Source: Actinomycetes bacterium
Lineage (GTDB): Bacteria > Actinomycetota > Acidimicrobiia > Acidimicrobiales > JAJZXF01
Length of the DNA stretch: 61,964 bases
Direction of reading: 5' to 3'
NCBI GenBank assembly: GCA_021802485.1
Contig: JAJZXF010000006.1
Location: 1 to 61,964, forward strand
In this document: positions 52,689-61,964 of the stretch, in pieces
Position numbering within the stretch: position 1 is the first letter of the stretch
Layout: each line of letters starts with the position of its first letter
Made by a program: the position numbers and the translations under genes
Notes under the pieces: generated by a model
What the model saw: the letters and a program-made list of their open reading frames with translations, nothing else
Databases searched by the model: none
Told to the model about the DNA's origin: nothing

Positions 52689-52740
52689 TTGATCTGTTTG
52701 TTTGTGAGCGCTATCTCGGCCTTTCAGGGCCGAGATAGCG
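52689..52740 (+). mobile_element. IS200/IS605 left end (TTGAT target motif plus subterminal hairpin), copy 1
   Basis: TTGAT at 52689-52693; perfect 13-bp stem cgctatctcggcc-tttcag-ggccgagatagcg (52709-52740), just beyond the tnpA 3' end. Confidence 0.65.
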
Positions 52741-52781
52741 AACATCGGACTGGGCTGGTAGGCGGTAGCGACACGTCTTGC

Positions 52782-53212
52782 TTACTGCGGGATTTTCTGG
52801 CGAGCAATGTACTCGGAGATGACCGACAGAGGCGCACCACCACAGGACCCTGCGGAGTACGACGGCGACCAGAGGTGTTCTTTCCACAGGAACTTCGAGA
52901 TGCGACGGGGGAACTCTTTTCTCAGGATGCGGGCCGACACGCGCTTTGGGAGGTTCACGAGGATAGAGATCTGCACAGTGGGTGGATACTAGACAAGCAG
53001 ATGTACGTGGTCCTCCACGACGTTGAACTCAGTGAGGGTTGTGTGACAAGTCCTCGCAGGTTTCCAACATGGGTCTCGTGACAACGAGGAAGGTTCTTCG
53101 CGAAGGCACTACGTCAGTATTTGGTCACAAATGCCAAGTGGACATGAAGATTCGATACCTGAGATCGGCCTGTTGTGTATATGAGGGTCCGGTATCCAGT
53201 GTGGTGATACAT
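52782..53212 (-). pseudogene. tnpA: IS200/IS605 TnpA (Y1 transposase) pseudogene
   Basis: GRSQVSNLHVHLAFVTKY* (premature stop), frameshifts, then LWSPSYSAGSCGGAPLSVISEYIARQK; homologous to 61312-61738. Confidence 0.88.
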
Positions 53213-53227
53213 GCCTATGGGACCATG

Positions 53228-53464
53228 TGTCGACCGCCACGCTAAATGAGCACGGGGAGACATTCAACGTGAGCACGGCCGGCACCAACGCCATGGCCAC
53301 ATTGTGCGTCGCCTCTCGTTCCTGTCAAGGCCGAAAGTCCAGCATGTGAGGGTCGTCTGCGGCCTTGACAGTTTCCTCGTCGGCGACGATGTGGGCGTCC
53401 ATGCGATGGATTCCATCCTCGCGCTCTGTGTCGTTGTCGTGATCAAATGACCTGTCGCCCAACA
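53228..53464. mobile_element. 237-bp non-autonomous IS21-like element (MITE), copy 2
   Basis: Matches 18859-19095 with two substitutions that I could see; same orientation. Confidence 0.75.
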
Positions 53465-53736
53465 CCTCTCAGCGTGTCGCGCCGGTAATCGTCGAGACCA
53501 CCGAAGACGATGTGACTGGTGTCGCGGGCATCGCGCTCTTCGGTGAGCTACTCGATCACCTGGGCCTCGTCGAGGCTGTTGATCGCCGAAACCTCCGCCC
53601 GATCGGACCGGGCGGCTATAGCGGCGGGGAGTGCTACCGAGCGATCGTCGAGCTCCAGTTGGCTGGCGGCGACTTCATCTCCGACGTGTCGCTCTCCAAG
53701 ACGAAGCGCTGTGAAGATGTCAGCGAACCCAAGTAG
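53465..53736 (+). pseudogene. IS1380-family transposase N-terminal fragment
   Basis: DDVTGVAGIALFGELLDHLGLVEAVD...LQLAGGDFISDV resembles IS1380 transposase N-termini; truncated after ~75 aa. Confidence 0.6.
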
Positions 53737-54069
53737 CCAGCGATCAGGGCCTCTACGGCGTTGCGACGCGGCGGCTGGCTCACTCAACTATCTCGTTCAC
53801 CCTTTATTGCGTCGGCGCGGGTGCGAGCGGCCCGTTTGCCGCACACTGCGGGTGATCGCGGTGCCAACGGGCAAGGGTTGCCATCGCGCGTTCCTGCCAC
53901 CGTGCTTCAACCGGAACCGGTCCTCGCCAGTCGTCATCGGCTGCCTCGGCCCATAGGCGCACGATCTGTCGGTCATGTTCGGTAATATGCGGGGAAATCT
54001 GCGCTTCTGCTCCTTTGACGTTCCCCTGTTACCAGGTGCCCCGTCCGCCATGGCGGGGATGTTTACCGG

Positions 54070-55773
54070 TTAACCGTAGAACTGTGCGGTGTTGGAGACC
54101 GAAGGATGCCGCAGTCCCGCAGGACCCTGGCCGAAGACCCGAAGGAGGTTCTCGGTTATCTTTCTCATGAAGGGCGCCCCACAGGAAGCTGAGGGAGCGG
54201 GACACGACATAAGAGAGGGGATCCAAGAGTTGGCCCCGCTTTCGAAGACGCCGGCTTTACTAGACGCCGTGGTGTAGTAGGTAGTGTCCGCGAAGTCACG
54301 CGTTGAGTGGAACTCGACATGGACAGGGGAGTGGGCGAGGATCTGGACGTTCGGAGGGTTGTTTGCCCTGCTCGGGTCATACGCTTGGAAGTCGGTTGTG
54401 AGTACGCCCGGCACCTGCGTTCCAGCAACGGCATGGGTACCCGCGAACAGCCATGAAGATGGGTCGGAGACGACGAGCGGAAAGCTCGCGTAGTTGTTGT
54501 ATCCGATGTATCTTGACCCGACGATGGTGCTTGCTGGCAATCCAGCGGGGGGCTGGCCCCACCAGTTCTGGCTCACCTCGGAATTGTTTACGCCGTAGAG
54601 GGGATCCTTCGCCGGATTACGGTAGTTGACGACCTGCATGTTTGCTCCGAGTGGTGACGCCTGAAGGCGCACCTTGCGCAGGATGGGACTTGCTCCGAAG
54701 AAGATGAGGTTCACGCCTTGGTTGAGAGCGGTCACGACCGCGTTACGCATTCGAAGGGACCACTCTTCATCGTGCCCGGGCGAGATCAGCACTCTGTGGT
54801 TGGCGAGTAGGTTCCCGTGGGTCGCCAGTGTTATGTCAGTCCAGTATGTGACGTCTAGGCCGTGCTTTTCGGCAAGGCGAGTAAGGGGATACATCTCGCC
54901 CAGGTAAGTGCCTGCGCCGTTACCAAAACTGTTTGCATATGGCCGGTCAAACGATACGACCCGGGCCCTGGTGGAGCAGGGGTAGTGGTTCGGTTGACAT
55001 GGGGTCCCACCTTGGTAGAGGTCGTATCCTCCAAACGGATTGAACACCTGATCAGTCAGCGCTGCGGTCATTAGCACGTAGGCAGCATGGCTGGACGGGT
55101 CCCAGATGGTGAGCGGAACGTAGCTCTGCTGGCCACCGCTTCCGATGAGCTTAAGAAGGTACTGTCCTTGGACCCAATGCCTACTCACGGTGAAGGATAG
55201 GGACTCGGTCCATGCACACTGGACCATGTTCACCCCGGCTGTGACGGGACAGGCTGGTTGCACTGCGCCGGTGATCTCGCTCGAGCGCCATATCAGCCGA
55301 GCGCCCTTTCCCTGGTAGTAGCCCATGCGGAACGCATCGACGTGGAAGCTTGGCGCCTGTGTGGAGACGTAGAGGGCTACCTGTTGGCCCGAGCGTGCCT
55401 GGACCCGGCTCGCGTACCCCATGATGCCGTTGGCGGTCTGAGGGCCTGTGATCCTCCAGCGCGTCGTGCCGGGCTTCGCGTTCTCCCGGATGACCCAGTT
55501 CGCCTCGATGCCATAGTGTCCTGTGAACGTGGCGGGTCTGGTCTTTGCTCCGTGTTTCCCATGTCCGTGGACCCCTCCAAGCTTGCCAGCCTTTGGATGT
55601 TGCGATCCTCCTGGGCTCGGGTGTGATGCGGAGTGAGACGACCCGGAGAACGCCACCAGAGCAGCCATGATCACGACCGCGGCGAGCACCGCGAACGATC
55701 CGGCGAGAAGGCCGGCCTGTTTGCGCCTGCGGCGCGTTCGCAATCGGCCGTGGCGGGCGTGGCTTGACGGCAT
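54070..55773 (-). CDS. Membrane-anchored N,N-dimethylformamidase beta-subunit-like (DUF6605) protein
   Basis: Basic N-terminus plus TM helix; ENAKPGT..W, FRMGYY.G.GAR, VSFDRPY, GHDEEWS, GVNLIFFGA. Confidence 0.75.
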   Translation of the reverse strand: MPSSHARHGRLRTRRRRKQAGLLAGSFAVLAAVVIMAALVAFSGSSHSASHPSPGGSQHPKAGKLGGVHGHGKHGAKTRPATFTGHYGIEANWVIRENAKPGTTRWRITGPQTANGIMGYASRVQARSGQQVALYVSTQAPSFHVDAFRMGYYQGKGARLIWRSSEITGAVQPACPVTAGVNMVQCAWTESLSFTVSRHWVQGQYLLKLIGSGGQQSYVPLTIWDPSSHAAYVLMTAALTDQVFNPFGGYDLYQGGTPCQPNHYPCSTRARVVSFDRPYANSFGNGAGTYLGEMYPLTRLAEKHGLDVTYWTDITLATHGNLLANHRVLISPGHDEEWSLRMRNAVVTALNQGVNLIFFGASPILRKVRLQASPLGANMQVVNYRNPAKDPLYGVNNSEVSQNWWGQPPAGLPASTIVGSRYIGYNNYASFPLVVSDPSSWLFAGTHAVAGTQVPGVLTTDFQAYDPSRANNPPNVQILAHSPVHVEFHSTRDFADTTYYTTASSKAGVFESGANSWIPSLMSCPAPSASCGAPFMRKITENLLRVFGQGPAGLRHPSVSNTAQFYG

Positions 55774-56140
55774 GCCTCAGGAGAATACACGCAGGAGAGC
55801 GGTCCCGTGTTGCAGAGTAACTCCAGCAATAACATGGCGAGTTCCACTGGTCGTCGGACTACTCGGTATTGCGATCATATGTTTGATGCTGCTGAACAGG
55901 TGCAACAGTTCCCAGGACAGGTGTGCAGTTGCCTTATTCCGCGGCCTTGACCCCTTACGGAAGGGCTCAAGGCTGTATGCAGCTCAATCTCAGGAACGTC
56001 GCGCGCCATCCGAATTGGAACCTGTCGTAGTACACTACGCAAGTATGTCCTTCGGGCGACAGCGGGGCTGGTCGTTCGGGCCAAGCGGTTATAACCGCGG
56101 CTGAGTGAAGATCAAAGCTATGGAAGGGAAAGGCAAGTAC

Positions 56141-56842
56141 ATGATCAGTAGCCGTTCTATTCGTGTTGGGATCGGTCTTGGGGCGGTAGCGCTCCTGGCA
56201 GCGGCATGCAGTAGCACAAGCACGCCAGCGTCTACAACAAGTACCGTCAAGAAGGTTAGGACGACCGTTGCTGCGCCGGTGCCGGTGCTGAAGACGGCCA
56301 CGGTCACGATCTCTGGCAAACCGACGGTCGTCCTGGTCAACAACCAGGGGTACACCCTTTACTACTTCACGCCCGACACATCCAGCGCGGCAAAGTGCAC
56401 CGCAAGCTTCAAGCTCCCGAACGGCAAGGCATGCACGCTAGTCTGGCCTCCGCTTGTTCTTTCCTCCGGCACCCCAAGCTCGACGGCATCGTTGTCCGGT
56501 ACCTTGAGCACAGTGAGCGACGGCAACGGTCGCCAGGTCGAGTATCAAGGCCATCCCCTGTACCACTTTGCTGGTGACACTGCACCCGGGCAGGCAAACG
56601 GGCAGGGGCTGTTGGGCAAGTGGTGGGTGGCTACCCCGGGCCTTGGAAGTGTTGCGTCGCCAAGTTCGACGTCCAAGTCGACCAACCCTTCGTCGCACAG
56701 CGCGTCTACATACTCCAGCGGCTCGTCTACCAGCCCGTCTGGCGCTTACGGTGGCTCGACCGGCACCCCCTCGTACGGTGGCTCGACCGGTGCGCCTAGC
56801 GTTCCGCCCTCCTACGGTGGCTCGACCGGCTCGTACGGCTGA
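56141..56842 (+). CDS. COG4315-like lipoprotein (secreted Y-x4-D repeats) with Ser/Gly/Tyr tail
   Basis: Lipobox LAAAC; GYTLYYFTPD, C...WPP, QVEYQGHPLYHFAGD..PG..NGQG..W. Confidence 0.85.
   Translation: MISSRSIRVGIGLGAVALLAAACSSTSTPASTTSTVKKVRTTVAAPVPVLKTATVTISGKPTVVLVNNQGYTLYYFTPDTSSAAKCTASFKLPNGKACTLVWPPLVLSSGTPSSTASLSGTLSTVSDGNGRQVEYQGHPLYHFAGDTAPGQANGQGLLGKWWVATPGLGSVASPSSTSKSTNPSSHSASTYSSGSSTSPSGAYGGSTGTPSYGGSTGAPSVPPSYGGSTGSYG
56747..56829 (+). repeat. Three identical 17-bp coding repeats (YGGSTG)
   Basis: tacggtggctcgaccgg at 56747, 56774 and 56813. Confidence 0.85.
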
Positions 56843-57044
56843 GCCTGAGGTCCCAACCACGGTGTTTTGCCATTATGGGTGGGCGCAAGCTCGTCAAGGC
56901 GGCTGATCCCGGTTGGCTTGATGAGCAGGCGCCCGCTGGAGGCGTGAGCGGTTCTTGCTAACAGGAGCGGTGAACACTTTCAGCTGGTTTCAGATGGTTA
57001 CGGATGGTGGCGTTTAAGACCTTTCCGTTAAGGTAAGGTTTTCC

Positions 57045-58814
57045 ATGCCCGTGTTACGTACTCGAGGAAGTGATGAGCGCCAGTTAGATGCGCGAAGCGA
57101 TCACTACAAGTGGATCGCGCTGTCGAACACTACGCTCGGCGTCCTCATGGCGGTGCTGAACCAGTCGATCATCTTGATCGCTCTCCCCGACATCTTTCGT
57201 GGCATTAGCATTAATCCACTCTTGCCTGCCAACACTGGATACCTGCTGTGGATGCTCATGGGTTTCATGGTGGTCATGGCGGTGCTCGTGGTAAGCCTTG
57301 GGCGTCTGGGCGATATATTTGGCCGCGTCAGGATGTACAACCTTGGCTTTGCTGTTTTCACCCTTTTCTCCATACTGCTCTCAGTCACCTGGATGCATGG
57401 AACCGGTGCGGCGATGTACTTGATCATCTTGAGGGTTGGCCAGGGCGTTGGCGGCGCACTGCTGATGGCGAACTCTAGCGCGATCCTGACCGATGCGTTC
57501 CCGCCCGACCAGCGGGGCCTTGCTATGGGGATCAACAATGTCGCGATGATCGCTGGATCCTTCATCGGTCTTGTCCTTGGTGGCCTGCTTGCCCCTGTCG
57601 AGTGGCGGCTCGTGTTCCTTGTATCGGTGCCTTTCGGGCTCTTCGGGACCGTCTGGGCGTACTTGAAGCTTCGCGACCACGGCGAGCGCGCCAAGGCGCA
57701 TATTGACTGGTGGGGCAACATCACGTTTGCTTCGGGTCTTGTGATGATTCTGGTGGGAATCACATATGGCCTCTTACCCTATGGCGGCCACACTATGGGA
57801 TGGACCAGCCCATTTGTTCTGTCGATGGTTCTTGGCGGCACGATCGTGCTCGTTGTGTTTTGTTTCTTGGAGATGCGTGCCAAGGAGCCGATGTTCCGCC
57901 TCGGGCTGTTCCGCATCAAGGCATTTGCTGCTGGTAACTTCGCGAATTTGTTGGCAGCGCTGAGCCGTGGCGGGATGATGTTCATCATCATCATCTGGTT
58001 GCAGGGGATCTGGCTGCCCCAGCATGGTTTCAGCTTCAGTCAGACGCCTCTATGGGCGGGGATATACATGCTGCCACTTACGGCCGGTTTCCTTATCGCG
58101 GGCCCGACCTGTGGTGTTCTGGCGGATCGTTACGGTGCAAGGCCGTTTGCCACGGTCGGGCTCTTAGTCTCCGCGGGTACGTTTGTGGCATTGCAAGCGC
58201 TGCCGGTTGACTTCTCCTACGTTGGCTTCGGTTTTATCCTCTTCGCGAATGGTCTAGGCATGGGTGCGTTTGGCGCGCCAAACCAGACTGGGATCATGAA
58301 CAGCCTACCGCCAGCTCAGCGTGGCGTCGGAGCCGGCATGACGGCGACGTTCATGGCCTCGGCTCAGGTGCTCTCAATCGGGATCTTCTTCACCTTGATG
58401 ATCCTTGGCCTCTCTGCGAGCCTCCCCTCGGCGCTCTTTCACGGACTCACCGTCAACGGGGTCGGTGTCCATACGGCACGCAGAGTGTCCGCGCTACCTC
58501 CGGTGGGCAGCTTGTTCGCCGCGTTCCTCGGTTACAATCCGCTGCGTGAACTGCTCGGGCCAGCTCTTTCGCACCTGAGCGCGCATTCCGCTGCTCATCT
58601 CACGAGCCGTTCGTTCTTTCCGCGCCTCATTGCCCCGCCGTTCGGTAAGGGGTTGCATGAGGCGTTTGATTTCGCGTTTGCCGCTTGCCTGTTAGGAGCG
58701 GTGGCGTCCTTCCTGCGGGGTGGCAAGTACCACCACGGCCAGGACGAGCTGGCGCTCGCGCACGAACCAGCGAGCCAGGCAATGGCGGAGACTACAGCGG
58801 GGGTGGTCGATTGA
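57045..58814 (+). CDS. MFS transporter (DHA2/EmrB-like), paralogue 1
   Basis: YKWIALSNTTLG, GRLGDIFGR, RVGQGVG, many TM helices. Confidence 0.92.
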   Translation: MPVLRTRGSDERQLDARSDHYKWIALSNTTLGVLMAVLNQSIILIALPDIFRGISINPLLPANTGYLLWMLMGFMVVMAVLVVSLGRLGDIFGRVRMYNLGFAVFTLFSILLSVTWMHGTGAAMYLIILRVGQGVGGALLMANSSAILTDAFPPDQRGLAMGINNVAMIAGSFIGLVLGGLLAPVEWRLVFLVSVPFGLFGTVWAYLKLRDHGERAKAHIDWWGNITFASGLVMILVGITYGLLPYGGHTMGWTSPFVLSMVLGGTIVLVVFCFLEMRAKEPMFRLGLFRIKAFAAGNFANLLAALSRGGMMFIIIIWLQGIWLPQHGFSFSQTPLWAGIYMLPLTAGFLIAGPTCGVLADRYGARPFATVGLLVSAGTFVALQALPVDFSYVGFGFILFANGLGMGAFGAPNQTGIMNSLPPAQRGVGAGMTATFMASAQVLSIGIFFTLMILGLSASLPSALFHGLTVNGVGVHTARRVSALPPVGSLFAAFLGYNPLRELLGPALSHLSAHSAAHLTSRSFFPRLIAPPFGKGLHEAFDFAFAACLLGAVASFLRGGKYHHGQDELALAHEPASQAMAETTAGVVD

Positions 58815-60688
58815 ACAGTTCCGAGCGACCAGGCGGAGAGGCCGTCGACCAGCGACCTCGGGGATCCCACGACGATGGCCGCTACAAGTGGATCGTTCTT
58901 TCGAACACCACCCTTGGCGTGCTCATGGCGATGATCGACCTGTCGATCATGCTGATCGCACTCCCGGATATCTTTCGTGGGATCCATATCGACCCGTTGG
59001 CGCCAGGGAACTCCTTCTACTTGTTGTGGATGATCCTTGGCTTCATGGTTGTGACCAGTGTGCTGGTGGTAAGTCTCGGTCGCCTTGGTGACATGTATGG
59101 CCGCGTTCGCATGTACAACCTCGGCTTTGCGGTTTATACCGTGTTCTCGTTGTTTCTCAGCGTAACCTGGATGAGTGGGACTGCGGGCGCGATCTGGCTG
59201 GTGATCATGCGGATCTTTCAAGGGGTTGGTGCGGCTCTCCTGATTGCGAACTCGGCGGCCATCCTGACAGACGCGTTCCCCGAGGACCAGAGGGGTATGG
59301 CTCTTGGCATCAACCAGGTGGCTGGCATCAGTGGCTCCTTTATCGGGCTTGTACTCGGTGGTCTGCTGGCACCGATCCAGTGGCGTCTCATATTCCTGGT
59401 CTCGGTGCCTGTTGGGATCTTTGGTACTATTTGGGCCTACCGTAAGCTCCGGGAGGTCCCAAGGCGGCGTACGGTGCAACTGGACTGGTGGGGAAACCTG
59501 ACGTTTGCCCTTGGGCTGATCGGGATCATGGTTGGGATCACCTACGGGATCCAGCCCTATGGGCATTCCGATATGGGATGGACGAGCCCCTTCGTTCTCG
59601 GATGCGTCAGTGCTGGGGTGGCAATGCTGATGGCCTTTGTGGTGATCGAGAAGCGGGCAACAGTACCGATGTTCCGCCTCTCGCTCTTTCGTATACGGGC
59701 GTTCACTGCTGGCAGCATTTCGACCCTGCTGGCAAGCATCGGTCGCGGTGGGCTCATGTTCATGTTGATCATTTGGTTGCAAGGGATCTGGTTGCCAGAG
59801 CATGGCTACAGCTTCGCTCGGACTCCTTTGTGGGCAGGCATCTACATGTTGCCGCTCACGATGGGGTTTCTGGTTGCAGGGCCGGTGTCTGGGTACCTGT
59901 CCGATCGCTATGGATCGCGACCGTTTGCGTCCGGAGGGATGGTGGTCGCCGCGGGATCGTTCTTTCTCCTGGAACTTCTTCCCGTGAACTTCCCGTACTG
60001 GGCATTTGGCCTCATCTTGTTGCTAAACGGCTTGGCTATGGGCGCCTTTGCTGCACCGAACCGCGCTGGCGTGATGAACAGCCTGCCAGCGGAGCACCGC
60101 GGTGTCGGTTCCGGGATGAACGCTACGTTCCAGAACGCAGCGCAGGTGCTTTCGATCGGAGTGTTCTTTACTCTAATGATCGTCGGTCTTTCGGCCAGGC
60201 TGCCGACGACCCTTTATCGCGGCCTTATGGCCCACGGTGTGCCAACGCACGTTGCCGAGCGGGTTGCGCATATACCGCCGGTGTCCACCCTATTCGCTGC
60301 CTTCCTTGGCTACAGCCCGGTAAAACACCTCATTGGAGCGAAGGTGCTGGCGAGCCTGCCGGCCCACCAGGCCAAGCTGCTGACGGGCCGTTCGTTCTTT
60401 CCGTTGTTGATCTCAGCACCGTTCTCCGACGGATTGCACGCTGCTTTTGACTTCTCGGTCATCGCGTGCCTTGTAGCAGCTGGAGCTTCCTGGCTGCGTG
60501 GCGGGAAGTACCATTACAGCGATGAGGCTTCCCTGGGAGAACAGGCAACAGAGGCGCTCGTCGAGCCTGATGGCGCCCAGGTACTAAGGGGTGGTTCTTT
60601 GGGCATTTTGGAGCCGCGCGTCTCGCAGAGATCCAGCGTCACGCGGCGTGGCGGTGATGGAATACCAGGGTCAGGCGGAATCGGCTGA
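58811..60688 (+). CDS. MFS transporter (DHA2/EmrB-like), paralogue 2
   Basis: YKWIVLSNTTLG, GRLGDMYGR; TTG 58811 overlaps the previous stop; collinear with paralogue 1. Confidence 0.92.
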   Translation: MNSSERPGGEAVDQRPRGSHDDGRYKWIVLSNTTLGVLMAMIDLSIMLIALPDIFRGIHIDPLAPGNSFYLLWMILGFMVVTSVLVVSLGRLGDMYGRVRMYNLGFAVYTVFSLFLSVTWMSGTAGAIWLVIMRIFQGVGAALLIANSAAILTDAFPEDQRGMALGINQVAGISGSFIGLVLGGLLAPIQWRLIFLVSVPVGIFGTIWAYRKLREVPRRRTVQLDWWGNLTFALGLIGIMVGITYGIQPYGHSDMGWTSPFVLGCVSAGVAMLMAFVVIEKRATVPMFRLSLFRIRAFTAGSISTLLASIGRGGLMFMLIIWLQGIWLPEHGYSFARTPLWAGIYMLPLTMGFLVAGPVSGYLSDRYGSRPFASGGMVVAAGSFFLLELLPVNFPYWAFGLILLLNGLAMGAFAAPNRAGVMNSLPAEHRGVGSGMNATFQNAAQVLSIGVFFTLMIVGLSARLPTTLYRGLMAHGVPTHVAERVAHIPPVSTLFAAFLGYSPVKHLIGAKVLASLPAHQAKLLTGRSFFPLLISAPFSDGLHAAFDFSVIACLVAAGASWLRGGKYHYSDEASLGEQATEALVEPDGAQVLRGGSLGILEPRVSQRSSVTRRGGDGIPGSGGIG

Positions 60689-60689
60689 T

Positions 60690-61253
60690 ATGTTTGCGAA
60701 GATGTCCAATGCCGATCGAGACACCGATCGCGATGCTGAACTAGATGGAGGATCGCAAGCGCTCTGCCGGGAGACCACGACCGGTCCAACTGGTGCAACA
60801 GCGGGGATCAGGATCGGCGATGTAGCAGCTCGGGCTGGCGTGTCAACACGGACGCTGCGGTACTACGAAGAGCTGGGGCTCCTTGCGCCGTCTGGCCACA
60901 CCGCTGGCGGAGAGCGGCGCTACGAGCCTCAGGACCTCGCTAGGTTGGAGCGGATCATGGAACTCAAGGAACTTCTGGGGATGAACCTGGAAGAGATCCG
61001 GAGTTTCCTGTCCTCGCAGACGCGTCTGGATGAATTGCGAGTTGCCTACCAGGCCCAAGAGCACGACACCGGCGAGACTGCGAGGCAGCAACGGCGCGCG
61101 ATTCTTGAGGAGGCGTTTGATCTCCAGGCGCTGTTTATCGAGCGATTGGATGCGAAGCTCGAACGGATGGTGGAATTTCGTTCGCAGATGAACGATGACA
61201 TCGAACGCTGCCGGAGCCTACTGGTCGAGTTGATGGAGGCGGTTGAGAGTTGA
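60690..61253 (+). CDS. MerR-family transcriptional regulator
   Basis: RIGDVAARAGVSTRTLRYYEELGLL.P...GGERRY; start estimated at ATG 60690. Confidence 0.92.
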   Translation: MFAKMSNADRDTDRDAELDGGSQALCRETTTGPTGATAGIRIGDVAARAGVSTRTLRYYEELGLLAPSGHTAGGERRYEPQDLARLERIMELKELLGMNLEEIRSFLSSQTRLDELRVAYQAQEHDTGETARQQRRAILEEAFDLQALFIERLDAKLERMVEFRSQMNDDIERCRSLLVELMEAVES

Positions 61254-61302
61254 TCCGGCTATTTCGGGCGCAAACTCGGCCCTTCAGGGCTGGGAAAGCC
61301 CG
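61250..61302 (+). mobile_element. IS200/IS605 left end, copy 2
   Basis: TTGAT at 61250-61254 (includes the merR stop), then the hairpin ctcggcccttcagggctggg, at about the same distance as in copy 1. Confidence 0.6.
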
Positions 61303-61311
61303 TCGTAACGT

Positions 61312-61738
61312 TCACAACGGGCCCTTCTGCTGGTCTATGTACTGGGCAATAACCGAAAGAGGCACCACCACAGGACCCGGCGAAGTACGACGGCGACCAG
61401 AGGTGTCCTCCCTATAGGAACTTGGAGATGTGACGGGGGACCTCCTTGCGCAGGATTCGCGACGATACTCCCTTCAGCGAGTTCACGAGGGTAGAAAGTC
61501 TGACGGTTGGCGGATAATGAACCAGCAGGTGAACGTGGTCCTCCTCGCCGTTGAACTCGACCATTCTGGCACCGGAATCCTCGCAGGTATCGGCCATGAG
61601 CTGGTGGCAGCGGGTAAGGATTGGCCCGGTCAGCGCTCCTCGCCGGTACTTGGTCACAAAGACCAAGTGGACATGAAGGTTTGAAACCTGGGAACGACCT
61701 CTACGGATATTAGGGTCCGGTACCCAACGCGGTGACAC
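61312..61738 (-). pseudogene. tnpA: IS200/IS605 TnpA pseudogene
   Basis: LHVHLVFVTKYRR, EEDHVHLL (HUH), NSLKGVSSR; TAG at 61412-61414 replaces Trp; the downstream HLWSPSYFAGSCGGA and frameshifted QYIDQQ (catalytic Tyr) are cut off. Confidence 0.9.
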
Positions 61739-61964
61739 AGACCTATACCACTATGTGGGAAGCAAGCAAGCGTCCTGACACGATGGCTATTAGGCGTAAG
61801 CGGAAGCCGCACCCCCGCAAGGTCAAGCGAGGCGAACTGCAGATGTCTGGACATGGACCTGTGACCTGGACCTGAGTGCACCTGGTTTTATGTGAATTTA
61901 TAGGGCATTTCCCCTGGACTTCGGGGCTCAGACCGACTACACTTGAGGTATGGCTGACGAGGGA

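Noticed and set aside
53790-53985. Minus-strand protein-like fragment (EHDRQIVRLWAEAADDDW...)
   Set aside because: No start or recognisable motif; I cannot support a call.
58595-59803. 402-aa minus-strand ORF
   Set aside because: Antisense shadow of the MFS genes (His/Gln/Asp-rich mirror of hydrophobic codons).
61739-61964. Expected tnpB divergent from the last tnpA
   Set aside because: The first ATG frame closes after a few codons and no TnpB motif is visible before the window ends.

Overview
High-GC actinobacterial chromosome segment, probably Acidimicrobiia-like (inferred from protein style and gene order only). It carries the core transcription/translation superoperon: rplJ-rplL-rpoB-rpoC, then str, S10, spc and alpha operons, then truA. 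Three accessory zones interrupt or follow it. (1) The 3' end of an IscB (IS200/IS605, OMEGA) element that ends exactly at the rplJ start codon, at an ATGA motif. (2) A ~10 kb defence-type island between rpoC and rpsL. It holds TnpB and type III Mod remnants, a 1695-aa sacsin-like GHKL ATPase/DUF3883 protein, a UvrD-PD-(D/E)XK helicase-nuclease, an IS21-like MITE and an SF2 helicase remnant. The sacsin-like gene contains an in-frame 36-bp repeat / 36-bp AT-rich spacer / 36-bp repeat unit that looks like an ectopic CRISPR spacer-integration scar. (3) A DAB inorganic-carbon pump locus (regulator, dabB, dabA, P-II, DUF6671) directly followed by two CO2/bicarbonate-consuming enzymes (Sua5/TsaC, BioD), then an IS-scarred cargo region (two IS200/IS605 tnpA pseudogenes, a second MITE copy, an IS1380 fragment, two MFS paralogues, MerR). 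Also notable: infA appears to start at a CTG codon, and many ribosomal proteins carry long low-complexity extensions. All family assignments come from motif recognition by eye; no searches were run.
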